A stretch of 64,000 nucleotides of DNA from an uncultured Candidatus Saccharibacteria bacterium (GTDB taxonomy: Bacteria; Patescibacteriota; Minisyncoccia; Phycocordibacterales; CAZNKJ01): contig CAZNKJ010000001.1 in NCBI GenBank assembly GCA_964574145.1, positions 16,852-80,851 on the forward strand. Direction: 5' to 3'. Shown in pieces: positions 17,252 to 26,416 of this stretch. A program made the position numbers and the translations under genes. Below the pieces are notes generated by a model that saw only the letters and a list, made by a program, of their open reading frames with translations, was not told where the DNA came from and did not search any database. The number at the start of each line of letters is the position of its first letter. Position 1 is the stretch's first letter.

Positions 17252-19396
17252 TTAATCCAAGGTCTTTTTGTTTGTTGCAAAATCTGGATCAATTTTTTTA
17301 ATAGAAAGATTTATTCTCTTTTTTTCATCAATTTCTTTTATTACAACTGGCACCTTTTCTCCAACAGAAAGAACGTCGGACACATTTTCAATTCGGGAAG
17401 GAGCAATTTCAGAAATGTGAACTAGCCCTTCTGTTCCTTCTCCTATTTTCACAAATGCTCCAAAATCAAGTATGCGAGTTACTTCCCCTTCAAATTTTTC
17501 TCCAGCAGAATATTCCCTGGTCATTTCGCTGATAGCTTGTTCTGCTGCTTTTGCGGTACCATTTTTGCCTGTTATATAGACAGTGCCGTCATCTTCAATA
17601 GTAATATCATCTACAGCGGTATTGTCGCGTATCTTATTTATAGTTTTTCCACCAGGCCCAATAACAAGACCTATTTGTTCAGGTTTGATGGTAAGTGTGA
17701 TAATTTGTGGAGCACGGGGTGAAATATTTTCTCGGGGAGCGCTTATTTCATTTTCCATTATATCAAGAATGTGTTCCCGTGCTTTTTTTGCATCTACAAG
17801 CGCTTTTCTAAGAATTGAAATAGGAATTCCGTCAACTTTGACGTCCATTTGAATTGCGGTAACTCCGTTTCGAGTACCTGCTACTTTAAAATCCATGTCA
17901 CCATAGTGGTCTTCAGGGCCTTGGATATCAGTAAGGATTTTGTATTTTAGTATGGAGTCTTCTTTTTCTTGCTCCAACATCATAAGTCCCATAGCGATAC
18001 CTGCAACAGAGGCTTTTAAAGGCACTCCACCGTCTAGAAGGGCTAATGTTGATGCACAAACAGAGGCCATAGACGTAGATCCATTCGAGGCCATACTTTC
18101 AGAAACTACCCGTACTGTATAGGGGAAATCCTCTTTTAAAGGCATTACTGCTTCAAGCGCTTTTTCTGCAAGAGCTCCATGACCTATCATGCGACGATTG
18201 AAACCGCCAACACGTCCTGTTTCTCCAACAGAAAAAGGCGGGAAATTATAATGATGTATAAATCGTTTTTGACCATCCTGTTTCTCCATACTATTGATGA
18301 GTTGAGCGTCTTCTGGTCCGCCGAGGGTAAGGGCTGAAAAGACATGTGTTCCTCCTCGGTAGAAAATACCAGAACCATGAAGCGCTGGAGAAATATTACC
18401 TGCTTGCGCTTGGAGCTTCCGGACCTCCTCCATTGCTCGCTTGTCTGGTCGGAGATTGTTGTTTATTGCTTCAGTGTGTAGGATTTCGTCAATTTTATCT
18501 TCATAATAATCATCTGCAAACGAAGAATTTTCTTCAGGTAAAATCTCTTTATACAATTTCAACCACTCACTTTTAAGTGTATTAATACCAGCCTTTCCAG
18601 CAGTTCCAGAAAAAACAGTGTTAAAGAGCCTAGGCTCGATGTGTTTAGCGAAGAGAGGCTTCATTTCTTCTGGAGAAGTAGGGATAGTTATAGTGCGTTT
18701 TTCTTTTCCAATTTCTTTTCCAATTATTTCTTGAAATTCTTGCAGACGTTCAATTTCTTTTGAAGCTTTCTCAAAGACTTCTCCAAGCACATCTTCACAG
18801 ATCTCTTTTGCGCCCACCTCAATCATGTTGATGTTTTTATTTTTACCGCAAAGGATAGAATCCAGAATGGTATCAGTGTCATCACGGTTTTTATAACTTG
18901 GGTTGATAAAGAGTAAGTCACTTCCTTTTTTCTTTCCAATACGGACTGCGCTTGCTGGTCCACCCCAAGGAATATCTGACGTTAGGATTGCAAGTGAAGC
19001 GGCGTTTACTGCTAGAACGTCTGGATCGTATTCGCCCAAGGAAAGGACTGTGACAACAACCTGAACTTCATTACGTATTGAGTGGTTAAATAGAGGTCGT
19101 ATGGTTCTGTCTATTACACGACCGGAAAGTACTGCTTCGTCTGAAGGCCTACCTTCTCTGCGAGAAAACCGACTGCCTAAAATGGCTCCAGTTGCATAGA
19201 ATTTCTCTTCGTAGTCTACAGAGAGGGGGAAATAAGAAAGACCTTCTCGCACAGAGTCTGACATTACTGCTGTTGCTAAGACGGTAGTGTCGCCACAGCG
19301 GAGTATTACAGATCCGTGTGCCTGATCTGCAAGGTCGGTAAATTGGGCGGTGAGGGTTTTTCCTCCAATCTCAATTGAGTATTCTTTTTTCTGCAT
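17252..19396 (-). CDS. pnp: Polynucleotide phosphorylase (PNPase)
   Basis: 714 aa with two RNase PH domains plus KH and S1 domains (GPGGKTINKI...; S1 motifs at the C-terminus). The position downstream of rpsO is conserved. Confidence 0.95.
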   Translation of the reverse strand: MQKKEYSIEIGGKTLTAQFTDLADQAHGSVILRCGDTTVLATAVMSDSVREGLSYFPLSVDYEEKFYATGAILGSRFSRREGRPSDEAVLSGRVIDRTIRPLFNHSIRNEVQVVVTVLSLGEYDPDVLAVNAASLAILTSDIPWGGPASAVRIGKKKGSDLLFINPSYKNRDDTDTILDSILCGKNKNINMIEVGAKEICEDVLGEVFEKASKEIERLQEFQEIIGKEIGKEKRTITIPTSPEEMKPLFAKHIEPRLFNTVFSGTAGKAGINTLKSEWLKLYKEILPEENSSFADDYYEDKIDEILHTEAINNNLRPDKRAMEEVRKLQAQAGNISPALHGSGIFYRGGTHVFSALTLGGPEDAQLINSMEKQDGQKRFIHHYNFPPFSVGETGRVGGFNRRMIGHGALAEKALEAVMPLKEDFPYTVRVVSESMASNGSTSMASVCASTLALLDGGVPLKASVAGIAMGLMMLEQEKEDSILKYKILTDIQGPEDHYGDMDFKVAGTRNGVTAIQMDVKVDGIPISILRKALVDAKKAREHILDIMENEISAPRENISPRAPQIITLTIKPEQIGLVIGPGGKTINKIRDNTAVDDITIEDDGTVYITGKNGTAKAAEQAISEMTREYSAGEKFEGEVTRILDFGAFVKIGEGTEGLVHISEIAPSRIENVSDVLSVGEKVPVVIKEIDEKKRINLSIKKIDPDFATNKKTLD

Positions 19397-19548
19397 GACA
19401 AGATATTTGATCTTCAGATTTTAGGCTTGAAAGAAATTTTCAATCCTACATATCCAAAGATCAGTATATTACTAAGTAATATACATAGTTTATATCAAGG
19501 AAATGGAAAAGGAAACCATCTATCGCTCTATTTTCAAACGAGAATAAA

Positions 19549-20094
19549 TTATTCGGAGTCTTTTGAGGAAAATACTTTACGCAGAGATTTATTTCCTATT
19601 AAAAATTTCTTAGGGTCATCACACATATCAATAAAATCATCAGTAACTTCTCGCAGTTTCCCAGAAGAAGATCTTCCAAATGATATTACCTCTACTTGGC
19701 ATCCGTGCATTTTAAGATATTCAACAAGTGGTATAAAATCTCCGTCACCAGTAGCTAGTACTACCACATCAAGCTTATCAGATAGTTTTATAGCATCTAC
19801 AGCAATTCCAACATCCCAGTCTGCTTTTTTTGATCCCCCATAGAAAATTTGGAGATCTTTTGTTTTGGTTTCAATATTAAGTTTATTGAGAGCCTCAAAG
19901 AAGGTTTGTTCTTCCCCAGATTCTGTAGACGCAACGTATGCGATTGCGCGAACCAGTTGACGATTGCCAAGCGCCGCCTCAACTATTTTTCCAAAGTTTG
20001 CCTTTGCTTTATAAAGATTTTTTGCACTATGATATATATTTTGTGTATCTATAAAAATACCAACACGTTGATTGGGTTGTTTAATAACAGCCAT
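19549..20094 (-). CDS. NYN-domain (LabA-like, PIN-like) putative ribonuclease
   Basis: RVGIFIDTQNIYHSAK...VRAIAYV...VVLATGDGDFIPLV matches the NYN/LabA family pattern. It is inserted between rpsO and pnp. Confidence 0.7.
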   Translation of the reverse strand: MAVIKQPNQRVGIFIDTQNIYHSAKNLYKAKANFGKIVEAALGNRQLVRAIAYVASTESGEEQTFFEALNKLNIETKTKDLQIFYGGSKKADWDVGIAVDAIKLSDKLDVVVLATGDGDFIPLVEYLKMHGCQVEVISFGRSSSGKLREVTDDFIDMCDDPKKFLIGNKSLRKVFSSKDSE

Positions 20095-20280
20095 AAAAAG
20101 TAATAGGGTCTATTTAAAGTTGGTGTTGTGTTTGCTTTTACACCGAAACTAAAGATCCCAGTTAAATAAATTAAATGTATAAAATTCCCTATTTACAGTA
20201 TACCACGCGAGAGAAATGTATCTGTGTGGGATTGGTGTGAACAATATATAATTTTGAAATAGAAAGTTAGGCTTTAGCTC

Positions 20281-20547
20281 TTACTTTTTCAATTCCAATT
20301 TTTTAACAAGCGTATTATATCGACGCTTGTTTTTTTTCTCCAAATATTTCAAATGTGTTCGGCGGTCTGCGACCATTTGTAAAAGACCGCGGCGAGAATG
20401 CCGATCTTTGTGGTTTTTTTTCAAATGAGCTGCAAGTTCATTGATACGTTTGGTCAGGATTGACACCTGCACTTCCGGAGACCCTGTATCAGTTTCATGA
20501 ATTTGAGTTTCTCGGACTGAATTTTGCTTCTTTCGCTTGGTTAACAT
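20281..20547 (-). CDS. rpsO: 30S ribosomal protein S15
   Basis: 88 aa with TGSPEVQVSILTKRINELAAHLKKNHKDRHSRRGLLQMV, a clear S15 signature. Confidence 0.95.
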   Translation of the reverse strand: MLTKRKKQNSVRETQIHETDTGSPEVQVSILTKRINELAAHLKKNHKDRHSRRGLLQMVADRRTHLKYLEKKNKRRYNTLVKKLELKK

Positions 20548-20667
20548 AACAGGACAAGCTTACCACACATTTGTTAAATACACAAGTGCTATTATTTCAC
20601 CAATTTTAGCCATATTTATATGTTAGCTAACGTTCCAGGTTTATTAGTTGATTTACTTATATAAAAA

Positions 20668-20710
20668 CCCCCTAGCGATGCGATATCGCTAAGAGGGTTT
20701 ATTTTATAGC
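20668..20710. terminator. Hairpin flanked by A-runs and T-runs (bidirectional Rho-independent terminator) downstream of the 20728..21582 gene
   Basis: AAAAACCCCCTAGCGATGCGATATCGCTAAGAGGGTTTATTTTAT: an imperfect GC-rich stem with U-tracts on both strands. Confidence 0.5.
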
Positions 20711-20727
20711 AGGAGAATACACAACTG

Positions 20728-21582
20728 CTAGTTGGAAACGGGCACACCTTGTTTGCCTTTGTCCTCGTCGCGCTTTCTTCGAATGAAGGTGCGAACGAAG
20801 TAGACTGCAAACTCCAGCGAGACCAGACCAACGCAGAATGCGATCCACTCAAGGAGTGCTGAATTTGTAACATCATCCATTGCAAAAATTCCAGCAAATA
20901 CGGTAATGAAAAATCCAATAATCCAGCCCCCAAAAATTCCAGCAATTACGCTGACAGACCTCGCAGTAGCTGGACTTATGACATTTCCGGCAGCGGTTGC
21001 TACAGATACACTTGCAAAAATTCCAGCAATTACGCCTGTAAGCATCGCAACTAGTGGACTCACGACAGTCCCAATGAGAACCCCAACAATGATCCCCACA
21101 ACAATTCCAAAGCTCGCAGGTCTCCACACTAAGGATTTTCCAAAAGTTCCTGAGATGAATGTTGCTATGACCATTAGAATCATAATTCCTTGGAAGTCGT
21201 TCCTTGCGCTTATAGATGTAAGGGATTTACTGCTCCAGTCACCTTCGTCGTAAAAAATCGTTACCGTAGTCAAGGAGTTTTTCGGAGGGAATATGCTTGA
21301 AAGCGAAGATTCCCTACTGACTTCTGGTGAATAATACCTAATGGCTCTCCTCAGCTGAAGTGAGTTTAGCTCTATTCCCTTCGAGCAGAGCGTTTTCACC
21401 AACGTCTTGAGACTGTCTGACGCTGGTATTGCCGTTGCGGACATTTTTAACTGTGCTGTAGGTGGAGATAAACATGCTTCTGATGTTCTTGCCATTGTTG
21501 GTGTTTGATCAACAGCAATGGCAGGAGTGTTCACCAACACTCCCCCAACCAAAATTATCGCAATTCCTATGGATTTCCACAT
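20728..21582 (-). CDS. Hypothetical membrane protein with a signal peptide and Gly-zipper-rich C-terminal TM bundle
   Basis: The likely start is MWKSIGIAIILVGG (the ORF-track start at 21654 has an unlikely N-terminus). The C-terminal region carries GxxxG-type repeats (GIIVGVLIGTVVSPLVAMLTGVIAGIFASV). Confidence 0.45.
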   Translation of the reverse strand: MWKSIGIAIILVGGVLVNTPAIAVDQTPTMARTSEACLSPPTAQLKMSATAIPASDSLKTLVKTLCSKGIELNSLQLRRAIRYYSPEVSRESSLSSIFPPKNSLTTVTIFYDEGDWSSKSLTSISARNDFQGIMILMVIATFISGTFGKSLVWRPASFGIVVGIIVGVLIGTVVSPLVAMLTGVIAGIFASVSVATAAGNVISPATARSVSVIAGIFGGWIIGFFITVFAGIFAMDDVTNSALLEWIAFCVGLVSLEFAVYFVRTFIRRKRDEDKGKQGVPVSN

Positions 21583-21681
21583 AACCAAATACCTTTCTTT
21601 GTAAGTAAGGTGGGTGTACTCTTTTCGTCTACTTCTAGTAGAACACATCTGCACGTATTATGCAACCCCTGTGGTGTTTAC

Positions 21682-21713
21682 CATTGTGCGACATTGTAAA
21701 ATGTCGCACAATG
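21682..21713. promoter_or_regulatory. Perfect 14-bp inverted repeat (CATTGTGCGACATT-GTAA-AATGTCGCACAATG) abutting the xerC start; putative operator or 5' mRNA hairpin
   Basis: Direct read of 14 + 4 + 14 nt with a perfect reverse complement. It ends 8 nt before the xerC ATG, within a 67-bp divergent intergenic region. Confidence 0.4.
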
Positions 21714-21721
21714 TAGAATGT

Positions 21722-22627
21722 ATGGACTTAGAAACACTCAAACGAGAATTTTTAGAACATCTTGAGATTGAAAAAGGACGAAGCTTGAAGACTGTTGAAA
21801 ATTACGACCGCTATCTTTCCAGATTTATTTCATACTCTAAAACTAAGAAACCATTTGATATCACGGATGCTCTTGTTCGAGAGTACAGGCTCTGGTTGAA
21901 TAGGCAGAAGGCACTTGGTAATGACACACTCAAACGCAATACGCAAAACTACCATCTCATAGCTTTACGCGCTTTTTTGAAATACTTACGTAAACGTGAC
22001 ATTGAGTCTCTGTCTCCCGAACGAATTGAGCTTGCAAAGGTTGGGGATCGCGCTTTAGACCTGATTACTATAGAAGAACTTGAACGCCTGATGCATGCTC
22101 CGGATGGAGAGGATCTTTCTGCTTTACGAGACAGGGCAATATTAGAACTTTTGTTTTCAACCGGATTGCGTGTTTCTGAGCTATGTTCTCTTGATAACGA
22201 CATAGATCTTTCTCAGGATGAGCTCTCAGTGCGCGGTAAGGGGGAAAAAGTGCGTGTTGTTTTTCTCTCTCCGCGTGCGAAAGATCGAGTGAAGGTGTAT
22301 TTAAAAAAGCGTAAAGACATGGACGACTCTTTATTTATACAGTTTGGTAAGAATGCAAAGAATTCTCAATCTTTACGTCTTTCCCCCAGATCAGTAGAGC
22401 GAATTGTTAAAAATTGTGCAATAAAAGCTGGGATTTCTAAAAAAGTAACTCCACACATAATACGACATTCTTTTGCCACAGACCTTCTTTCTAATGGAGC
22501 AGACTTACGTTCAGTACAGGCGTTATTGGGGCATGCGAATATTGCTACAACACAGGTTTATACGCACGTTACTGATAAACACCTTCATGATGTGCACCGT
22601 GCTTTTCATGGCAAACGTAGGAAATAA
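21722..22627 (+). CDS. xerC: Tyrosine site-specific recombinase XerC/XerD family
   Basis: N-terminal SAM-like core-binding domain (FLEHLEIEKGRSLKTVENYDRYL). The C-terminal catalytic motifs are RHSFATDLL...LLGHANIATTQVYTHV. Confidence 0.85.
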   Translation: MDLETLKREFLEHLEIEKGRSLKTVENYDRYLSRFISYSKTKKPFDITDALVREYRLWLNRQKALGNDTLKRNTQNYHLIALRAFLKYLRKRDIESLSPERIELAKVGDRALDLITIEELERLMHAPDGEDLSALRDRAILELLFSTGLRVSELCSLDNDIDLSQDELSVRGKGEKVRVVFLSPRAKDRVKVYLKKRKDMDDSLFIQFGKNAKNSQSLRLSPRSVERIVKNCAIKAGISKKVTPHIIRHSFATDLLSNGADLRSVQALLGHANIATTQVYTHVTDKHLHDVHRAFHGKRRK

Positions 22628-22766
22628 GTGTTACGTAGAGGCTTTCTTTTGTGTGTATAAAAAGAAGTGCTTTTAGTATTTGTTTCGTCTAATATTAAAA
22701 GTGAATAATTAATGCACTTTGGTCAGGTGTATTTTGTTAGAAATCTAATAATAATTATTAATTTAT

Positions 22767-23153
22767 ATGGACACCACTTTATTTCTTGCTCAAGTATTAG
22801 GGGTTTATATGACGGTAATTGGTATATCTATTTTGATGTACCCAAAGCGTACAAGTAAAGCTATTCATGAAATGGCAAGCGATTATTTTCTTCCCTACTT
22901 TGGCGGTACAATGGCTCTTGTCTTCGGTCTCTTAATTGTTCTTACACACAATGTGTGGGAAAACTTAACAACAAGTGCAATCAGTTTGATAGGTTGGGCT
23001 GCTCTTGTGAAAGGAATGCTCTTGTTTCTACTCCCCCATGATTCATTTGCGGAATTTGCCGAGAAGTTTAATTCGCGACACGCAATGACTATCTGGGGAG
23101 TCATTGCGTTGGTTATAGGTGTATATCTTTTGTATTCAGGGTTTATTGCGTAA
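22767..23153 (+). CDS. Small integral membrane protein (4 TM), function unknown
   Basis: 128 aa with four hydrophobic segments. Confidence 0.45.
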   Translation: MDTTLFLAQVLGVYMTVIGISILMYPKRTSKAIHEMASDYFLPYFGGTMALVFGLLIVLTHNVWENLTTSAISLIGWAALVKGMLLFLLPHDSFAEFAEKFNSRHAMTIWGVIALVIGVYLLYSGFIA

Positions 23154-23305
23154 TATATAAAACATATTTACAAACTTTACCCCTTCTTTAGTAGATTGGG
23201 GTGAGGTTTTGTGTATGTATTATGTACATAATGTGGTTAGTTATTCTAAGACAATAAAAACAGTATAAAGAAGCGCTAGGAGTGGTGTGATATTATTAAT
23301 ACTTA

Positions 23306-24082
23306 ATGAAACTGATATCTTGGAATGTTAATGGTTTGCGCGCAGTGTACCGCAAAGATAACTTGAAGGATGTTTTTGAGCACGATCCAGATATTCTTTG
23401 TCTTCAAGAAACCAAATCTTCTCCAGATCAGTTGTCTCCAGATCTCAAAAACATTAAAGGATACACTAGTTATTTTTCGTCTTCTGTGGTGAAAAAAGGT
23501 TACAGCGGAGTTGGTTTTTATATGAAAAAAAAGCCTGATTTGATTAAGTATGGTATGGGCATAGAAGAATTTGATCAAGAAGGACGTTTTATTGAAGCTC
23601 GATATGGGGATCTCGTATTTCTTAATATATATTTTCCTAACGGAGGGCAAGGCGCAGTCCGTTTAGAGTATAAGTTGCGTTTTTATGATGCATTTTTCGA
23701 GTATATTCAAGAATTACGAAAACAAAGTAAAAGTATCGTTTTTTGTGGGGACGTAAATACAGCTCATGAAGACATAGATCTTGCTCGTCCAAAAGCAAAT
23801 GAAAAAAATACAGGATTTCTTCCAGAAGAGCGAGCGTGGCTCGATGAAATAATTCGCAATGGTTACTCAGACTCTTTCCGTTATAAATATCCTAATAAAA
23901 AAGAAGCGTATACCTACTGGGATCTCAAGATGCGGAATAGAGACCGTAACGTTGGTTGGCGACTTGATTATGTATTTATATCAGCCGATTTAGAGGACAG
24001 CCTTAAAAAAGCTTTTATCTTAAACGATATATATGGCTCAGACCACTGTCCTGTGGGGATTGAGACGGAGCATAATCTGTAA
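23306..24082 (+). CDS. xth: Exodeoxyribonuclease III / AP endonuclease
   Basis: MKLISWNVNGLRA...DILCLQETK...SDHCPV, the hallmarks of the ExoIII (EEP) family. Confidence 0.9.
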   Translation: MKLISWNVNGLRAVYRKDNLKDVFEHDPDILCLQETKSSPDQLSPDLKNIKGYTSYFSSSVVKKGYSGVGFYMKKKPDLIKYGMGIEEFDQEGRFIEARYGDLVFLNIYFPNGGQGAVRLEYKLRFYDAFFEYIQELRKQSKSIVFCGDVNTAHEDIDLARPKANEKNTGFLPEERAWLDEIIRNGYSDSFRYKYPNKKEAYTYWDLKMRNRDRNVGWRLDYVFISADLEDSLKKAFILNDIYGSDHCPVGIETEHNL

Positions 24083-24336
24083 AGGACATATCCACAGACA
24101 TGTCCTTTACATGTCCTTTACGTTACTTATAATGAATACAGATTCGGAGTACTGTTTATTCTGATATAAGTTCTTTTTGTTCTTTGCGAAATCCCCCTGT
24201 ACTACTGCATTAGGAAGTATTGTGCATATGTAATGAGTCACTCAGTTGTGCTATAAGCCTACATCTTCAATTAACTTTTATCTTTAGAGGCTTTAGCTCA
24301 CACTCATTAGATTTGTAGAATTTCTTTCTAAAAAAT

Positions 24337-24408
24337 GCAGAAAAGCCGCCTTATGACGGACACAACTCTCCACATTTTGTTGTCTGTATTACGAGGCGGC
24401 TTTATTTT
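24337..24408. terminator. Long imperfect nested hairpin overlapping the cca stop codon; outer stem AAAAGCCGCCT/AGGCGGCTTTT
   Basis: An outer 11-bp stem encloses an inner ACAAC/GTTGT-containing hairpin, with a T-rich tract on the minus-strand side. This is a convergent xth/cca region. Confidence 0.4.
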
Positions 24409-25880
24409 ACCCAATATTTATCACGTATTTTTTTTACCTCAACTTCTTCAATTTGTTCTCTTTTTTCCTTACCCTTTTCCCCAAGTTTTTTTAGATTAAT
24501 TTCAGATAATGAAAGTAATTCAAGAGCTCTTTTTTCCATATATTCAGCCGTATTTTTGGAGGGATCATCCAGTACTTCCTCAAGGAGAGCATGAAGAACA
24601 TGCCCAATTTTAGGTCCAGGTCTTTCGTTTGAAATTTTAATTACCTCGTCTCCATCTATAGCCAGCATTGAGACATTGATAGGGTCGCGTAATACTTCTT
24701 CAACCATAGATTTATATTTTCTAAATCTAAAAGGCTGTTCTTTTGGTCTTCCTGTTCCGATACGATCACAAATACGTAGATCTAATAAGTTCCAAATATT
24801 TTCCTTACCAATATTTCGGATAGTTCGCCGTACTGCAGACAGTGTAATTTTTTCTGGATCGGAAAAAAACATGTGCCAGCGTATTAATTTAACCACGGTG
24901 TCTGTAGTGTTTTTTGGAAAATGTAGGTTTTTGAGTGCGGAATGTGCGACTCTGGCGCCGACTACTTCATGTCCGTGAAAGGTCCAATCTTTTTTTTCTT
25001 CTGACCATCTTCGAGTTTCTGGTTTTGATATATCGTGAAAAAGACCTGCAAGACGTAGCTCAAATGACCATTTTTTGTCTGCCGCATGTTGAAGTGTTCG
25101 TAGGTTATGTTCAAATACGCTGAATTTATGTGCTTGATTTTGATTTATATCAACACCACGTTCTATATCTTTTGATATATATTTCAAAACCCCTAATTTG
25201 TGGGCTATGATAAGCGCCTGCATTGGCTCATCGGAATTTAAGATTCGAATGAATTCATCACGAATTCTCTCTTTTGATATACACCTTAACAGATCTGCGT
25301 TTTTTTCAATAGCATTCATTGTTTCTCCTTCGATAACGAAACCGAGTTCTGCAGAAAGTCTAATTCCTCGTAACATACGTAGAGCATCTTCTTTAAATCT
25401 CTCATCAGGATCCCCTACTGCTACGAGAAGTTCGCGCTCCAGGTCTTCCTGTCCTTTATAAAGGTCAATAATTTGTCCTTTAGAAACGTTGTATACTATT
25501 GCATTTACTGTGAAGTCCCTTCTTTTGAGATCGTCTTTTAGACTTTTACTAAAAGAGACAGAATCGGGATGTCTGGAGTTTGAGTAACCAGTTTCTACTC
25601 TGTATGGAGTCACTTCTATTACCTTAAGTCTTGAATCACTAACATCTTCGTTAATAATACCAACTGTTCCATAATTATTTTCATAAAAAGTATTATGAAA
25701 TATGCTTTGAATATCTTCTGGATGGGCATCTGTAGTAATATCCCAATCCTTAGGTTCTTTTCCCAATAATAAATTACGCACACACCCTCCGACTAGAAAC
25801 GCCTCAAAACCGGCCTTTTCCAGGCTTTCTGTTACTTGTGAAACCTCTTTTGGGATAGAAAATGGAAGCTTTTTTAACAT
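24402..25880 (-). CDS. cca: CCA-adding tRNA nucleotidyltransferase with a C-terminal HD domain
   Basis: GGCVRNLLLG...DWDITTD pol-beta NT motif with an HD domain (HDISK); 492 aa. Confidence 0.9.
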   Translation of the reverse strand: MLKKLPFSIPKEVSQVTESLEKAGFEAFLVGGCVRNLLLGKEPKDWDITTDAHPEDIQSIFHNTFYENNYGTVGIINEDVSDSRLKVIEVTPYRVETGYSNSRHPDSVSFSKSLKDDLKRRDFTVNAIVYNVSKGQIIDLYKGQEDLERELLVAVGDPDERFKEDALRMLRGIRLSAELGFVIEGETMNAIEKNADLLRCISKERIRDEFIRILNSDEPMQALIIAHKLGVLKYISKDIERGVDINQNQAHKFSVFEHNLRTLQHAADKKWSFELRLAGLFHDISKPETRRWSEEKKDWTFHGHEVVGARVAHSALKNLHFPKNTTDTVVKLIRWHMFFSDPEKITLSAVRRTIRNIGKENIWNLLDLRICDRIGTGRPKEQPFRFRKYKSMVEEVLRDPINVSMLAIDGDEVIKISNERPGPKIGHVLHALLEEVLDDPSKNTAEYMEKRALELLSLSEINLKKLGEKGKEKREQIEEVEVKKIRDKYWVK

Positions 25881-25944
25881 TATCTATAGTGTAGTACATA
25901 TTTTGCTCATTAGCCAATAATAGCGTATTATTAATGGGTACCTA

Positions 25945-26019
25945 GCGCCCGTGGTGAAATGGATATCATGACTGACTTCGGATCAGTTGTTGCGGGTTCG
26001 AGTCCTGCCGGGCGCACCA
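25945..26019 (+). tRNA. tRNA-Arg (anticodon TCG)
   Basis: Manual fold: acceptor GCGCCCG/CGGGCGC, anticodon stem ACTGA/TCAGT with loop CTTCGGA, and T-arm GGGTTCGAGTCC. CCA is encoded. Confidence 0.8.
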
Positions 26020-26365
26020 GAGAGTAAGAGAAGATTTATTTGGAAACTGGGAAATGACAAGTATCTCAAGAAAGATGCTTAAAATTGGGGGATAAGTTTT
26101 GAGTAATTAGATATATAAAGTGGTGTATCTGTGGATTATATAGAGCAGAAATGAAAACACTAGATAAGGTATACGTAGAAAGTCTGTAATAGTGCTATTT
26201 TTCTAGTGTATATGTGAATGAAAATAGAAATGAGGGTTGTTTAAAAGTAATTTCTCCTAGAAATGAAGTTCCTGTTTCTTACAGTCTTGGTAGATTAGAG
26301 AATTGGTGTCCTCAAAACAGTCGCTATAGATCACTAGTTTTTTAATATATTTTTTTAATTTAAAC

Positions 26366-26394
26366 TTGACGAAAAAAACGTCAAGTAATATACT
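26366..26394 (+). promoter_or_regulatory. Consensus-like sigma70 promoter whose -35 is part of a palindrome (TTGACG-A7-CGTCAA); 17-bp spacer; -10 TATACT
   Basis: TTGACGAAAAAAACGTCAAGTAATATACT lies ~23 nt upstream of the likely ATG (26417) of the wHTH regulator. Confidence 0.45.
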
Positions 26395-26416
26395 GCTAAA
26401 TATAGTGTATAGAGTT

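Noticed and set aside
21655-22627. xerC as part of an integrated mobile element
   Set aside because: There is no flanking direct repeat, transposase, phage or cargo gene. The neighbours are housekeeping genes (xth, cca). The domain architecture is that of chromosomal XerC/D.
24088-24096. Isolated ATATCCACA DnaA-like box in the xth/cca convergent region
   Set aside because: Single 8/9 matches are expected about a dozen times by chance in 64 kb. It is not clustered.
24081-24120. Hairpin AAAGGACAT...ATGTCCTTT plus a direct repeat of ATGTCCTTTAC after xth, as a Rho-independent terminator
   Set aside because: The stem is real but there is no U-tract on either strand, so it is left as an uncalled structure. 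The stronger hairpin at 24337-24408 is reported instead.
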